Positions 50,532 to 64,000 are shown, numbered from the stretch's first letter. The stretch: 64,000 bases of DNA from Mobula hypostoma (GCF_963921235.1 NC_086097.1:195922001-195986000), one strand, 5' to 3'. The notes: generated from the sequence alone by a model not told the origin. Numbers and translations are program-made.

Positions 50532-51654
50532 AGTGGTACTAAAGCTGTGTTAGCAGCCAGATGTTTGCCGCCTTATGGCGGTGCAAATACCAGTGATGTC
50601 ATTTGGGATTATATCTCTGGCAGATCATACAGTTGCTGCTACATTTTTTGCTATGGTCGAGAATCTTTCATTTTCAATTATACCAGTCAGCCTTCATAGT
50701 TTTTAAAGTCTGTTCCGCCACAGATGTATCATGCTGTAATTGTGCTAGTTCATAAAAGAAGCTGGAAAGAATAGGCAGCCTGATCACACTCGAGTGCTAT
50801 GTGGCCAAATGATGTGCTGTTGCTTCCTTAGCAAAAGAGTCAGTTCATTTGTTCCCTCTAGTTATTTCATCTTTCCTGTTAATATGAGCCGCATAGTTTA
50901 TAACAGCAATTGCAGTAACTATTTAAAGCAGGAAAAGGTCCATAGTTCACTATGTTTTATTGGAGTTCTGAAGCAGTGAAAAACCCATGTAATTTTCATA
51001 ATTGTCCCTTATCATGTGCTATTCCTAAGGCATAATAAGATTCAGTACATTGGCTACAAGGATGCGGGCTTTTGTTAAGGCAAAACGGTTCAGCTGCGAG
51101 TGCAGAACAGGAGAGAAGGTAGCTGCGCCACCTCAGCTGTTACATGATATGCATACACTGCACATGCACCAAAATATTCCACTAATTTTTCTTTCAGTAT
51201 CATCAGGAGGAAAGGTCTTCAATGGAGAAAAAATTACATGCCTGCTTATGTTGGGTGGCATTTTACAACAGGCAGAATGAAGATCATACAAATTCTTAAG
51301 TACAGTTCAGGAATGGATTATTTAAAGTAAACTGTGTATTCTATGGTGGAGATTGGAAAACTGTTATCAAAGTTGCCTTGACTCGAGCACATCTTTGAGC
51401 CCAGTGGCAAGGCTGTCAGCAAGCAAAAATATACCCCTTGTGGGCATCCCCATGTTTACCCCTACCGATTCCATCATCCCATTTCCATGTTTCTTAGGTC
51501 AAAGAACTCTAAAACCCATACATTTTAGAATAGTATTATCCAATCAACTGCATTGTTTAAGATAAAGGTTACTGGTCACAAGTGGGCCACATGAGCCAGG
51601 TAATGTTAAACATGAGATTTATAGTGAACTTGCCTTACCGCAACTTCCACAAGT

Positions 51655-51865
51655 GTGTAGAACAAGCTGCCAGTGTATGTAGTGGAAATGGGTTTGATTT
51701 CCACATTTAGGAAATATTTGCATAAGTACTTACATGAATGGGAGAGATATGAAAGTCTGTGGCCTAGGTACAGGTCAATAGGACTAGGCAGAATTATAGT
51801 TCGGCACAGACTAGATCGGCCGAAGAGCCTGTTTCTGGGCTGTAGTGCTTTATGACTCTATGACT
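51655..51865 (+). mobile_element. CR1 3' tail fragment
   Basis: GGCCGAAGAGCCTGTTTCTGGGCTG followed by a (TATGACTC) tail. Confidence 0.65.
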
Positions 51866-53379
51866 TAGAGTCAGATGATAAAGCATGCATTGTTGTCAAA
51901 GTGAGCTTCTAACATTGAATACTGATACTTAAAACAAAAGTAACAAAACAAAATTGTGAAGCATTTGAATGGAATAAAGAAAATTATCTTGTGATAACAA
52001 CCAGTCTTTTGGGCAATCGATCTTCATTTGCTAACATTTCTTGCATTTTATGAAGTGTTAGAACCCAAAATCACCTAGAATCCATACTTTCATATTCAAA
52101 GCTGCACTTTACATTAGTTGTGCTATATTTTGCTGACATTAAGAGACTCCTAAAGTGGCTTCACAATTCCGTGCGAATACTTTACTTAACTTTATATTTT
52201 ATTGTCGCCAGACAGTAGATCATACCATCATCACAGCGATATTTGATATTTAAATAGGAGCTGTCTTTAGAGGACATCTAGAGGCTGTCACTTTTTGTGA
52301 AATTTGTATCCCTTTCCCTTTTTAACAAAGCGTTGCCAAAACACATTTTTATTTTTTTTTACAATAGAAACAAAATAAAATTGAATTCATTTTCTCATTC
52401 TAATGGTAGTTAGTTTTCCATACTATATTGACTGGGCTGGTATACCCAATCCTTGCAGTAGTTACCCACCATCTTCTCAAGGGCATTTGGGGATGGAAAA
52501 TAAAATGGTGGCTCAGTCTGCAAAGCCCTCATCCCTTGAATGAATATATAAAACAACTAAGAGCACTTCTGTGGAGGGTTGTCCTATAGTATATTTAATA
52601 TTATCTTCAGTTCAAATGTAGTGTAAATGGGCGTAGGTTTGCCCAAAAAGTGATATTAAATGTGGAACTTGCTTTAACAGGAAAGTGATTCAAGTGTAGT
52701 ATAGTTAAGGATAGACTGACAATCAAATGAAGAAGGAATTAATTAGTTGCATTATTAAATTTCAATGAACAAAGAAAGATCTGGCTCAAGTTAAAATATA
52801 TGCCAGCATGGATTTGTTCCATCCTCTCAATATGGAATTCCATTATTCATCATGGTATTTTACATAATTGAGTTTTATCTTGCAGGCAAACATTGGATTG
52901 ACCACATCTCTTTTTTGCTGCAATGTTACAAATAAAGGCAACTTATTTAGATTGTTGTTATTGTTTGATAAATTTACAGTGAACTTCTAGAGAAGCAATA
53001 AAATCAAAAAGCTAGCAATTTCTTCCCCATTACAACCAATTCAGTTTTGACAAAAATGAATTACTAGTTAAGTTGGAAGGCCCAGATTGTTTGTTAACAA
53101 CTCAGTTGCAGCATGTTGGCTCCTGAGGTAAATCTGTGGTATTATTTACATTAGACTCCATTCTGTTTTCTACCGGCAAATTTTGCAGATTATGTTTGTA
53201 CTTTTTTTCAGATTCCCAGTGTGGAACAATCTTGAGAATCTGAAACTGTTAGATCAATTTTTTCTGACTACAGTTCCTACACATGCCAATAATTGTCTAT
53301 GCGCCTCAAGATAAGTCATTGAAAATTAAACAATTATGGAGTCTGAAAATCATAAAAGAAATGTGTGAAAACCTTAGCT

Positions 53380-54040
53380 CCTCCATCAACAAAAAGGCTT
53401 GGTGGAAGATGTACTTCTTGTGGTAGTTGATAAAATTTTAACTTCCTCTGAGCATACCACTGCAATTCTACACTGCCATCGTGGAGAGCATCCTCACATC
53501 AGCCATTACTGTCTGGTTTGGTGCAACATCCTCTCACAACATGCAAAAGCTACAATGAACTCTCAGGTCAACAGAAAAGTCATTGGCTGCAGTTCCCATC
53601 ATGTGTCCAGGAAAAAAACAGTGGGCAGAAATATCATTGTGGGCACTACTCGCCCAGCTTTTCCACTAGCTTCTTTCTGGAAAGCGCTATAATGCTATTA
53701 AAATAAAACCTCAGGCCATCTTAAAAGTTTCTTCCCTAGGCAGTTAATCTGATTAACCATTCTCGTTAGCCCCCATCCCTACTATTATCTTAGTCATTAA
53801 TACTGCACTGTATACACTTTAACCACTTTTTAATAATGCTGTTTACATCATAATAAATGTTGGTATGTATGTATTTGTGCACATTTTATTCCACATCTGT
53901 ACTTTAACCTCTTATTTTTATATAATTCTTTATTCTTTATAATTGTTGAATGTTTTTTGTTGCATGTCACGCCAACACACCAGAGCAAATTCTTAATACA
54001 TCTAAATATATTCAGCGAATAATGTTGATCATTGATTCTT
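53380..54040 (+). mobile_element. Rex1/Babar-type LINE 3' fragment (different subfamily)
   Basis: FY.AIVESILTSAITVWFG-like remnant at about 53467-53525; CTGGAAAGCGCTAT. Confidence 0.6.
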
Positions 54041-54224
54041 GAGTGATTCAGGCTTCAACACAGAAAGAGAAATAGAATTAATGTTTTGAGTTAAAGACTC
54101 TTTAGTGGGCCCTTCATGATGTAACATGTGCATGATGTCAAGGGATAAAAATTGAAGTATAAAAGCTATAGAACGGAAGGAAAAAATTTAAGTATGCTGG
54201 CAATTCATGTAATACTGTGTCATG

Positions 54225-54510
54225 GCACCATGGCAGTGTAGCAGTTTGCACAATGCTATTACAGTTTAAGGTGTCGAAGTTTGGAATTCAATCCCATCAT
54301 CCTCTGTAAAGTGTTTGTACTTTTTCTCTGTGGAATGAGGTTTTCTGCATGTCCTCCAGTTTCCTCTCACAGTCCAAAGATGTACCAATAGGTTAATTGG
54401 TCCCATGATTAAGCTGGGTTAAATCAGGGGTTCCTGGGTGATGCAGCTCGAAAGATCAGAAGGGCTTATTCTGTGCAGCGTCTCTAAGTAAATATAAATA
54501 AATAAATAAA
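54225..54510 (+). mobile_element. HE1/V-SINE tRNA-derived SINE
   Basis: A-box-like TGGCAGTGTAGCAG, B-box-like GAATTCAATCCC, V-domain CTCCAGTTTCCTCTCACAGTCCAAAGA, CR1-like 3' end and (TAAA)n tail. Confidence 0.7.
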
Positions 54511-56979
54511 TTTGATTTTTGTTTCCCTGTGTGAAAAGGCCACATGGGATGATATTCCCATTTGCAATGCTCCTTTTGGAACATTGCAGGGGAACATAGA
54601 ATAGGTTTTCCTGGGGTAGCCAGAACTTCCTGTACTGGGACCCCTATGGGAGATGTTCCTTCTAAACTACCTACCTACCCCCCTACTTTAACCTCCATTT
54701 TATTCAATTTCACAAGGCTCCTCTGATCTAGCATACCCAAGAAATCCCTTTTCCGATCATAGGCTTTGTTTCTGGGCCTCCGTTCATGGATGTGATTTTT
54801 GGTACCTTTGCCAGTCTTTGGCCATGATTCTCCTTCTTCCCACCATCCCTCACCAACTGGAGCACAATCCTCCTACACCTGCCCTCCACTCAGATCACAT
54901 CCTGATCGACTTCCCAAGTTGCTGCACAAGTCCCAGTCTTTCTTGCCCTTGGTGCAACTGAAAACAAGTGATTTGCTGCAGGAGGCCACACTGAAAATTG
55001 TTTAGTGAATTAGTTTGGGTGCAATAGAAGTTCTAGACCCCTGTCCTTTCAAGAAACTGCTGCCGTTTCTGGTCACCATTGTTCCTTAATTATTGTTGGT
55101 ATATGTTCAGATTACAAAATTACCTTTGCCAAACTTAATAAGCTTATTTTAAAATGGTGAATGGCGTAAATTGAAGCAGTAAAGCAGAATGCTGTTAGAG
55201 AAAATATACTTCATGACAGTCTTTAGTGACTAATAATTTTGTGATTACATTGTGCAGGAATGTAATTTGAACTGCAGATAATAGTGTTTATGTGTCCTGT
55301 TTCAAATGTTCATTGTGTAGATTTCAAATTATAACTGAGTCAAGGCCTGATGTAAATAGTTTGTTTCATTGTGTTTTAAGTGAATGTACAAATTGGTGAA
55401 GGCACATTCCACTTTATTCACATATAATGTCTGAACACATGCAGAATAATATAGTCAATGATACTACATGCCAGCAGATGTGGTATTTTTGTACAACTGC
55501 TTATGGCAAAAAATATTATTTTAGCTTGCAACTCAGGGTAGAGAACTGCATTTTGCATCTCCCACTTTAAAACCTTATTGTCTATCCATTTTTGTCTTTT
55601 TTCTCCTATATTCTTGAGTATTCACAGGAAGTGTAAGGGTGGGATTTCCAGCTCCTTTCCTGTCAGATATTCACCGATAGGCTTGTCAACCAAACAGACT
55701 ACCTGCACTTTCAAGAGTATATTCTCAGCAGACATCCAGGGTTCACAGGAATGGAACTATTCCTACTGTATCAGGTGTGTTCTTGCCTTTTGGGAGCCAC
55801 ATCAATTTCTAGGTCTTATGGAAGGCCAGCACTAATTTAGGATGAGTTCTAATAGGGCTACAATTTAGTGGAGTAATTTATATTGGAGTAATTAATGTTG
55901 CAAATGATTAAGGATCATGTGAATGTTGCCCACCTAGATTTCATACATTTTCTTGATCTATCATAATCAAAATGATTAACCTTTAGATTCTATTCCATGC
56001 AAAAATGGCAAAGTTTTAGGCTAGAATCACAAGTGTAAAGTGCAGATCAGAAGTGGTCACCATTCCCATGTCAGTGCTATTGCTATTAAAAATTAATATT
56101 TTAATATACACAGGCAAGCCCAGTAAGATAGATAATGGAAGACAGAACAAAACAAATATGATGTCAGACATTAGATAAAGCATAGGTCTTTAAACTAGCA
56201 ATCAATACTCATAAGTGGTGAGAAAGCAAGTAAAATACATGGATTCTTTTCTAAGGTTGTCATTTTCAAGTTACAAGTCAATTTTGAAAATGCACCTCTT
56301 CTTAAAGAGCTGCATCGGGGACTGTATATTCAGTTTTGGTTTAAAAATTGCAATGATTGCTCCCATCATTATACAAGATAGAAATATCCTCCAAGGAGGA
56401 GGAAGCTCATGCTCCTTTACGACTGCACTTGAACAGTTTTGTTTGATATAGAGTTCGAAAAATAGGGAACACAATTAAATATTAACAATGCTGAAGTAGA
56501 TGATTAGGCAACAGTTGCACCTTTCATAGGAATGGGATTAAATTATAGAATATCCTGCCAAAAAATTAATGGAGCTGAAACTGGTAGCTTTTTAGAAGAA
56601 TGAATAGAAGGAAAGGAGATGCAGAAATTTCTGGCCCAGAATCGCAGGAATTATCAAGCTGTCCTGCTGCTCTTTCAAGGTTTTTTTTTCAAATGTGACT
56701 TTTGTTTTTTCTCTTGTTCTATGCTCTTGATAATCATCTGTATCAGCATGAGCAAAATCTAATACTTTAAGTAAATGAATTATCATTTTTTTTTGTCAAG
56801 GCGATGTACAGATCTTCCCTGGGTTACAAACACCCGACTTGCAGACACCCGTACATAGAAACAGGCTTCCATAAATATGAAATTCTAACAAGAAACAGTC
56901 CTTGGGAGGGCTAGGCTGGGTGGTGGGGTGGCCTGTAATCAGATACCATTGCCTGTTAGGAATCCAAGCAGCTAGCTTC

Positions 56980-59503
56980 ACCTCAGGAGGCTGTTAATGT
57001 TGGCTTGGAAATTGACTAACAATCACCTTTTTCTGATTCTTCATGATAAACTCAGGATCAACTGCTCTTTACCTATGGAGTTCTCATCCATGATTCTGAT
57101 CTTGGTTTACATACCACCAGCGACCAATTATAATTGTGCACTCGCTATACTGCATGATGCCATCTCCAAACAAGAAGCAGTCCATCCCAACACATTTCAA
57201 CCAGGCTTGTTTGAAGAAAACCTTGCCCTGTTACCATCAGCACGAAATCTGTAGCGCCAGCGGTTCCAGCATACTAGACCACTAAGAATAGGAACACCTA
57301 CCATTCCATGCCCAGACCACACGGAAATCTGATCACTTGGCTGTCCTTCTCCTACCTGAATACAGACAGAGGCTAAACAGCAAAATTCCAGAGATTAGGA
57401 CAAAAGAGGTGGTCGTGGGAGGCAAAGGAGTGGCTGTGGGATTGCTTCAAGTCAGTGGACTGAACTGTATTCAAGGACTCATTTAGGGGTCTGAATGAAT
57501 ACACACCATGGTTGTAAAAGACTTTATTAAAATAACTGTAGATGAGTGTGTCCCAACTGTATCATTCAAAGTCTTCTCTGATCAGCAGCCCTCTGAACCA
57601 TGAGATCTGCAGTCTGCTGAGAGCCAAATCAGAGACATTCAAATCTGGTGATCAAGAAAATTACAAGAGGTTTAGGTACGATCTCTGGAAAGCTATTCCA
57701 CAAGTGAAGTGGCAATTCTGGACCATTCAAGCAGTGCTTGAATACTATCACCTCTTATAGTTAAACAACATAGGAGACAGCAGAGCTTCACTTCTAGGTG
57801 AGCTCAGTGCCTTTTGTGCTCACTCTGACCATCAAAACATGAAGGAACCATCACAAACTTGCACATCCTGGGATTTCAGACCGAAGCCGATGTGTGAGCA
57901 ACCTTCAGCCAGGTGAACCCACAAAAAGCATCCAGCCCAATTGGGGTACCTGGCCAAGTACTAAATACCTGTGCTCATCAGCTAGCTGGTGTGTTCACCA
58001 AGATCTTTAACCTCTTGCTTCAGAAGTACCACCCTTCTTCAAGCAGGCTTCAGTTATATTGGCGCCCAAGAAGATCGTAGTGACCTGCTTCAATGACTAT
58101 CATCCAGTAGCACTTACATTCACAGTGATGAAGTGTTTTGAGAGGCTGGTGATGAAACCAGTCAACTCCTGCATAAGAGATCTAGATATGAACTGATTTG
58201 CCTACCGGAGCAACAGGACCACAGAAGATGCCATCTCATTGGCTCTTCACTCAACCCTGGAACATCTGGAAATAAAAGATGCAAGTATCAGGATGCTCTT
58301 CATAAACTACAGCTCAGCATTCAATTCCATCTTCCCCTCAAAACTAATCAATAAATAAGCTTCAAGACCTTGGCCTCTAATCCTCCTTGTGCATTTGGAT
58401 CATGGATTTCCTCACTTGCAGACCCCAGTCAGTCTGGATTAGCAACATCATCTCCTCCACAATATCCATCAGCACAGGTACACCACAAGGCTGTGTGCTT
58501 AGTCCCCTGCTCAATTCTCTACACTTATGTCTGTGCGGCTAAGCACGGCTTCAATGCCATATTCAAGTTTGCCAATGACACCACTGTTGTAGGCCAAATT
58601 AAAGGTGGTGATGAAGCAGCATATAGGAGGGAGATTGAAAATCTGGCTGAGTGATGCTGTAACAACAATTTGCTCAATGTCAGCAAGACCAAGGAGCTGA
58701 TTATAGACTTTAAGAGAAGGAGACCAGAGGTCTATGAGCCAGTCCTTGTCGGAGGATCAGAGGTGTTGAGGAGGTTTAACAATTTTAAGTTCCAAAGTGT
58801 TTTATTTTGGAGAACCTGTTCTGGGCCCAGTATGTAAGTACAATAACAAAGAAAACATGGCAGCGCCGCTACTTCCTTAGGATCTTGTGGAGATCGAGCA
58901 TGATGTTTAAAATTTTGACTAACTTCTACAGATGTATAGTGGAGAGTATATTGACTGGCTGCATAACAGCCTGGAAACGTAATTTTGAACGGAAAATCCT
59001 ACAGAAAGAGGTGGATACAGCCCCATCCATCATGGGCAAAGCCCTCCTAATCATTAAGCACATGCATATGAAACGCTGTTGTAGGAAAGCAGCGTTCATC
59101 ATCAGAGACCCCCACCACCCAGGACATGCTCTCTTCTTGCTGCTGCCTCAGTACCAGGTTCAGGAACAGTTACTAGCTTTCAACCATCAGGTTCTTGAAC
59201 CAAGGGGAATAACTTCACTCAACTTCTCTTGCCCCATCATTGAAATGTTCTGACAGCCAATGGACTCACTTTTGATAATTCTTCATCTCATGTTCTCTAT
59301 TTATTGCTCATTACTTATTATTATTTTATTTTTGTATTTGCTCAGTTGGTTGTTTTCTGCACTCTGGTTGAACACTCTAGTTGACTGGTTTTTCATTAAT
59401 TCTCTTATGGCTATTATTTTTTAGATTTATTAATTGTGCCCACATTTTAAGGTTGTATGTGGTAACATATATGTACTTTGATAATAAAATTTACTTTGAA
59501 CTT
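56980..59503 (+). mobile_element. Long decayed Rex1/Babar-type LINE
   Basis: LVYIPP, SDH, DY.PVALT, FKFANDT and FYRCIVESILTGCITAW motifs; tail ATAATAAAATTTACTTTGAACTTGA. Confidence 0.85.
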
Positions 59504-59975
59504 GATACTATATTACAATGATACTATATTACACACTGTAACATGAACTGGTGCTTTATATCCATCAAAACCAACCATTGAATGTGGGGCATGCTGATTC
59601 TGTACAACTGTAGCTCGGCAGGGGTAGTTAATGCTAATTGATTCTCATCAACAACAGTCAATACTGTGGAGCTACAGTTATCATACTGAATGATTTTGTG
59701 TATTTTCCTACTTAGGACAAAATCAAATTATGAACATTTGTAAAAGTGGATCCCATTGGTAACCCAGAGACGTTCTGTATTTTGCTTTCACATGTCATTA
59801 TAAAAAATAGTAATTTGTGGTTCTTCCTGGAGATTTTTTTCCATAAATTGGGATATTCTTCAAATCAAATTATTTAATTTTTCAGAAAGGTACCAAGAAT
59901 TTTAGTTCTATCAATTATTGTTAAAAATGGGAAAATTGGAGCTTAGTAGTAACTCTAGTATATGTTTTATTGAAG

Positions 59976-60075
59976 GTGGTGTAACAATTTTTGTGGCTTT
60001 GTATGATTATGAAGCAAGAACAACAGAAGATCTGTCTTTTAAAAAGGGTGAAAGATTTCAGATCATAAACAATAC
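59976..60075 (+). CDS. YES1: YES1 coding exon (SH3 N-terminal half)
   Basis: (G)[32 protein letters not shown](T). Acceptor TTGAAG, donor AC|GTGAGT, 100 nt, in phase with the previous exon. Confidence 0.98.
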
Positions 60076-60232
60076 GTGAGTACTTTTGAAAAATAGTGTT
60101 TTTTAAAAGCTTTCAGTTTGTTTTTTTTTCCTGTGTATGTTTAAAGGTTTTCTTCTTACAAGTTAGGACAGTCAAACTGAAATGATTTTTCTAAGTTTGC
60201 TCCAGTGCACAGAAACTAATAAGTTATCAACA

Positions 60233-61274
60233 CTGGTCCTCACCTACCACCCCACCAGCCTCCAGGTCCAACATATTATTCTCCATAACTTCCGCCACCT
60301 CCAACGGGATCCCACCACTAAGCACGTCTTTCCCTCCCCCCCCCCCCGCTTTCCGCAGGGATCGCTCCCTAGGCGACTCCCTTGTCCATTCATCCTCCCC
60401 ATCCCCCCCCCCCACTGATCTCCCTCCTGGCACTTATCCTTGTAAGCGGAACAAGTGCTACATATGCCCTTACACTTCCTCCCTTACCACCATTCAGGGC
60501 CCCAAACAGTCCTTCCAGGTGAGGTGACACTTCACCTGTGAGTCGGCTGGGGTGATATACTGCGTCCGGTGCTCCCGATGTGGCCTTCTATATATTGGCG
60601 AGACCCGACGCAGACTGGGAGACCGCTTTGCTGAACATCTACGCTCTGTGCGCCAGAGAAAGCAGGATCTCCCAGTGGCCACACATTTTAATTCCACATC
60701 CCATTCCCATTCTGACATGTCTGTCCACGGCCTCCTCTACTGTAAAGATGAAGCCACACTCAGGTTGGAGGAACAACATCTTATATTCCGTCTGGGTAGT
60801 CTCCAACCTGATGGCACGAAAATCGACTTCTCTAACTTACGCTAATGCCCCACCTTCCCCTTGTACCCCATCCGTTATTTATTTTTATACACACATTCTT
60901 TCTCTCACTCTCCTTTTTCTCCCTCTGTCCCTCTGACTATACCCCTTGCCCATCCTCTGGTTCCCCCCCCCCCTCCCGTCTTTCTCCCCGGACCTTCTGT
61001 CCCATGATCCTCTCATATCCCCTTTGCCAATCACCTGTCCAGCTCTTGGCTCCATTCCTCCCCCTCCTGTCTTCTCCTATCATTTTGGATCTCCCCCTCC
61101 CCCTCCCACTTTCAGATCTCTTACTAACTCTTCCTTCAGTTAGTCCTGACGAAGGGTCTCGGCCTGAAACATCGACTACACCTCTTCGTAGAGATGCTGC
61201 CTGGCCTGGTGCGTTCACCAGCAACTTTGATGTGTGTCGCTTGAATTTCTAGCATCTGCAGAATTCCTGTTGTT
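60233..61274 (+). mobile_element. Penelope-like retroelement (5'-truncated) with a GIY-YIG endonuclease
   Basis: Exact 13-bp TSD TAAGTTATCAACA (60220-60232, 61275-61287). ORF 60552-60845 reads VIYCVRCSRCGLLYIGETRRRLGDRFAEH...PVATHF...EQHLIFRLGSLQPDG. Pyrimidine-rich UTR and a hammerhead motif. Confidence 0.92.
61141..61178 (+). ncRNA. Minimal type I hammerhead ribozyme motif (Penelope type), probably crippled
   Basis: Stem I UAGUC/GACUA, core CUGACGA, short stem II AGG/CCU, then GAAAC-AUC; predicted cut after 61173. Confidence 0.7.
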
Positions 61275-61547
61275 TAAGTTATCAACATGATTGGTTCCCA
61301 TTATATAGTTCAAAAAATTGATCATATTTTAATTGATCAGGCTCTTTAAGTTCTGTGAAGATTTTTCATAGTCACACCCTGCCGTGTCCTCTTTACGTCT
61401 AAGTACTTACGTTACCTAATACTATTAGTTAACTCGTAGTCTTTATTACAAGATTTGTAGTCTTTAAATGGAAAATATGGCAAATGAATGGGGGTGAATT
61501 AATCAACAAGAAATTTAAAATAATGTGTTGCATGATTCTGGAAATCA

Positions 61548-61995
61548 TGAGCAACACGCACAAAATGCTGGAGAAACTCAGTAGTTCAGCAGCATCTAGG
61601 TTCCTGATAGTGGTGGGCAAGGAAGTGTAGGTGCAGCAGTTATCACAGTTGCAGGGATAAATGCTGGGAGGGAGGAGAGCGTTCCTGCAGAAAGCAGGGG
61701 TGCGCAGAAGGAAGGATGTGCCTGATGGTAGAATTCTATTGGAGATGATGGAAGGTGCAGAGAATGTTGTGCTGGATACGGAGGCTCGTAAGGTGGTAGG
61801 ACAGGAGGAACCCTATCCCTATTATATCCCGGGAGGGGCTAGGGCTGAGAGCAGACATGCAGGAAATGGAGGGGGTGCTGATTAGGATAGCATCACTAGT
61901 GGTTCAAGGGAAACACTGTTTTCTGAAAGAAAAGACGACATCTTGGCTATTTTAGAAAGGTAAACCTTATCCTAAGAACAGATGTGGCAGGGAAA
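61548..61995 (-). mobile_element. Decayed Penelope fragments, inverted relative to 60233-61274
   Basis: CACAAAATGCTGGAGAAACTCAG terminal piece plus reverse-complement similarity to 60240-60490. Confidence 0.6.
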
Positions 61996-62004
61996 CAGGA
62001 TTAG

Positions 62005-62430
62005 TCATAGTCATACTTTATTGATCCTGAGGGAAATTGGTTTTCGTTACAGTTGCACCATAAATAATTAAATAGTAATATGTAAATTATGCCAGGAAAT
62101 AAGTCCAGGACCAGCCTATTGGCTCAGTGTGTCTGACCCTCCAAGGGAGGAGTGGTTAAGTTTGATGGCCACAGACAGGAATGACTTCCTATGACGCTCT
62201 GTGTTGCATCTCGGTGGGATGAGTCTCTGGCTGAATGTACTCGTGTGCCCAACCAGTACATTATGTAGTGGATGGGAGACATTGTCCAAGATGGTATGCA
62301 ACTTGGACAGCATCCTCTTTTCAGACACCACCGTGAGAGAGTCTAGTTCCATCTCCACAACATCACTGGCCTTACGAATGAGTTTATTGATTCTGTTGTT
62401 GTCTGCTGCCCCAGCACACAACAGCAAACA
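62005..62430 (-). mobile_element. Rex1/Babar LINE 3' end, same subfamily as 17388-19350
   Basis: ORF 62116-62556 is near-identical to 17531-17905 (RINKLIRKASDVV...HPLHNVL). Confidence 0.9.
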
Positions 62431-63069
62431 TGTCACTTGCAAAAAAATTAGCATTTTTTGCAAGTGACAGTGGGAATAAGTACTGTCAAGATAATCTGGT
62501 AGAGGAAATAAGCAGCATCTGTTGGGTGAAGAAAATGATGTTTGTATTGAAACCATGCATCAAGACTGTATCAGTTATATATTTGGTTATTTTGCAAATG
62601 TTACGCAACAAATCTCGCTTGAATGCTAGCAGTTTGGACTTTGAATATGATCACCTAAAATTCTAACACTGGGGGTTGTTGGTGGTTACAGTAACATGCT
62701 GAAGTCCATCCTAGTGGAATGCTTATAGCTGCAAATATGAATTGTGCCTGTCATTCAAGACCTTGGGGTCTGGAATGGGCTATGGTCAAGGACCTTATGC
62801 TGACTGGCAGAATTATTTTAAGGAAAAAAACTGTTTCCTTGTCATCATCTACGTATCAACAAACATCCACAAGTATAAATTGGTGCTATATTTCTTGCAA
62901 TCACTGGTTTGAATGAAATCTATGTTGCTTTGCTTGTCAATTTTTTTTAGCATTATTTAAAAATCCAGTTTTAATCATTCAGTTTAGTTTAATGTAAAAT
63001 GTTTCCCTGAATGTGCAACTGTAAACAAGTTTAATAATTCAGAGTGCTTATTGCTGTTCTGACCCACAG

Positions 63070-63168
63070 AGAAGGTGACTGGTGGGAAGCCCGATCTATC
63101 ACTACAGGAAAGAAAGGCTACATTCCTAGTAATTATGTGGCTCCTGCTGACTCCATCCAAGCAGAAGA
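63070..63168 (+). CDS. YES1: YES1 coding exon (SH3 C-terminal half); the gene continues beyond the window
   Basis: (T)[32 protein letters not shown](E). Acceptor CCCACAG, donor GA|GTAAGT, 99 nt, in phase. Confidence 0.98.
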
Positions 63169-63265
63169 GTAAGTGCTTTTATGTTTCGAGTCTTACAGGA
63201 AGTTGATACAGCTGTCTGAAATTTCAGCTGCTTGCTGACACAATACATCTTGCTAATGTACCTCA

Positions 63266-63642
63266 TATAGAAAATAGGTGCAGGAGTAGGCCATTCGGCC
63301 CTTCGAGCCTGCACCGCCATTTATTATGATATGGCTGATCATCCAACTCAGAACCCCGCCCCAGCCTTCCCTCCATACCCCCTGACCCCTGTAGCCACAA
63401 GGGCCATATCTAACTCCCTCTTAAACATAGCCAATGAACTGGCCTCAACAGTTTGCTGTGGCAGAGAATTCCACAGATTCACCACTCTCTGTGTGAAGAA
63501 GTTTTTCCTAATCTCGGTCCTAAAAGGCTTCCCCTCTATCCTCAAACTGTGACCCCTCGTTCTGGACTTCCCCAACATCAGGAACAATCTTCCTGCATCT
63601 AGCCTGTCCAATCCCTTTAGGATCTTATACGTTTCAATCAGA
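63266..63642 (-). mobile_element. CR1 LINE 3' end
   Basis: ORF 63348-63611 has SRTRGHSL, RVVNLWNSLP and FKRELD. Confidence 0.9.
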
Positions 63643-64000
63643 TATTATTATTTAGTAATTCACTTTTGCCTGCCTTGTCCCAGAATGCTTGCAGGGCCTT
63701 CTAATATCCAACTTGGAGCAGACCAGGATGATAACCTAAGTTGTTCTATAATTTTGTTTAGATTCCTGAAGTCAAGTGCAGTAAAGTCATAGCTCAAAGT
63801 TATTTCTTAGTGTAACAAAATAAAACACAATAAGATAAAAATATAATAATAGAAAAAATACAATGTGTATAATTACATAAGATAGCTTATATACATAGAT
63901 TGACTGTATGTCCATAAAGTGACGCTAGGCACAAGAGTGCATAAGTTGACTGACAGGAAATGATAAAATGGTGGTTTGGGATGTGTAGAGGGGGAGTGAA

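Noticed and set aside
49707..50553. Long overlapping ORFs (236 aa + strand, 197 aa - strand)
   Set aside because: They cross the boundaries of the RTE-derived element, start at non-ATG or internal codons and show no protein motifs.
60076..63069. Possible SRC N1-type neuronal microexon in the SH3 intron
   Set aside because: No in-phase microexon with convincing splice sites was seen, and the gene is YES1 rather than SRC.

Overview
Vertebrate genomic DNA, most likely from a cartilaginous fish (inferred from HE1-like V-SINEs and abundant CR1, Rex1/Babar-type and Penelope elements). The window holds the 5' half of the Src-family kinase gene YES1 on the + strand. There is a CpG-island promoter with a probable non-coding exon 1 at about 20.2-20.85 kb, and three coding exons (48343-48607, 59976-60075, 63070-63168) encoding the SH4/unique and SH3 regions. 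Most of the rest is transposable-element debris, often nested. It includes a full-length hAT (Tip100/ZMYM1-like) transposon with TIRs and an 8-bp TSD, a solo LTR with a 5-bp TSD, a Tc1 element split by LINEs, and many Rex1/Babar-type, CR1 and RTE LINE fragments. A GIY-YIG Penelope element with a 13-bp TSD carries a minimal hammerhead motif. The strongest finding is a 570-bp non-coding RTE-derived element (49961-50531, minus strand). Its 5' end folds by hand into a complete HDV-like double-pseudoknot ribozyme with an extra hairpin in L3 and a tandemly duplicated P1 strand. Repeat boundaries without TSDs are approximate, and family names come from motif recognition, not database searches.
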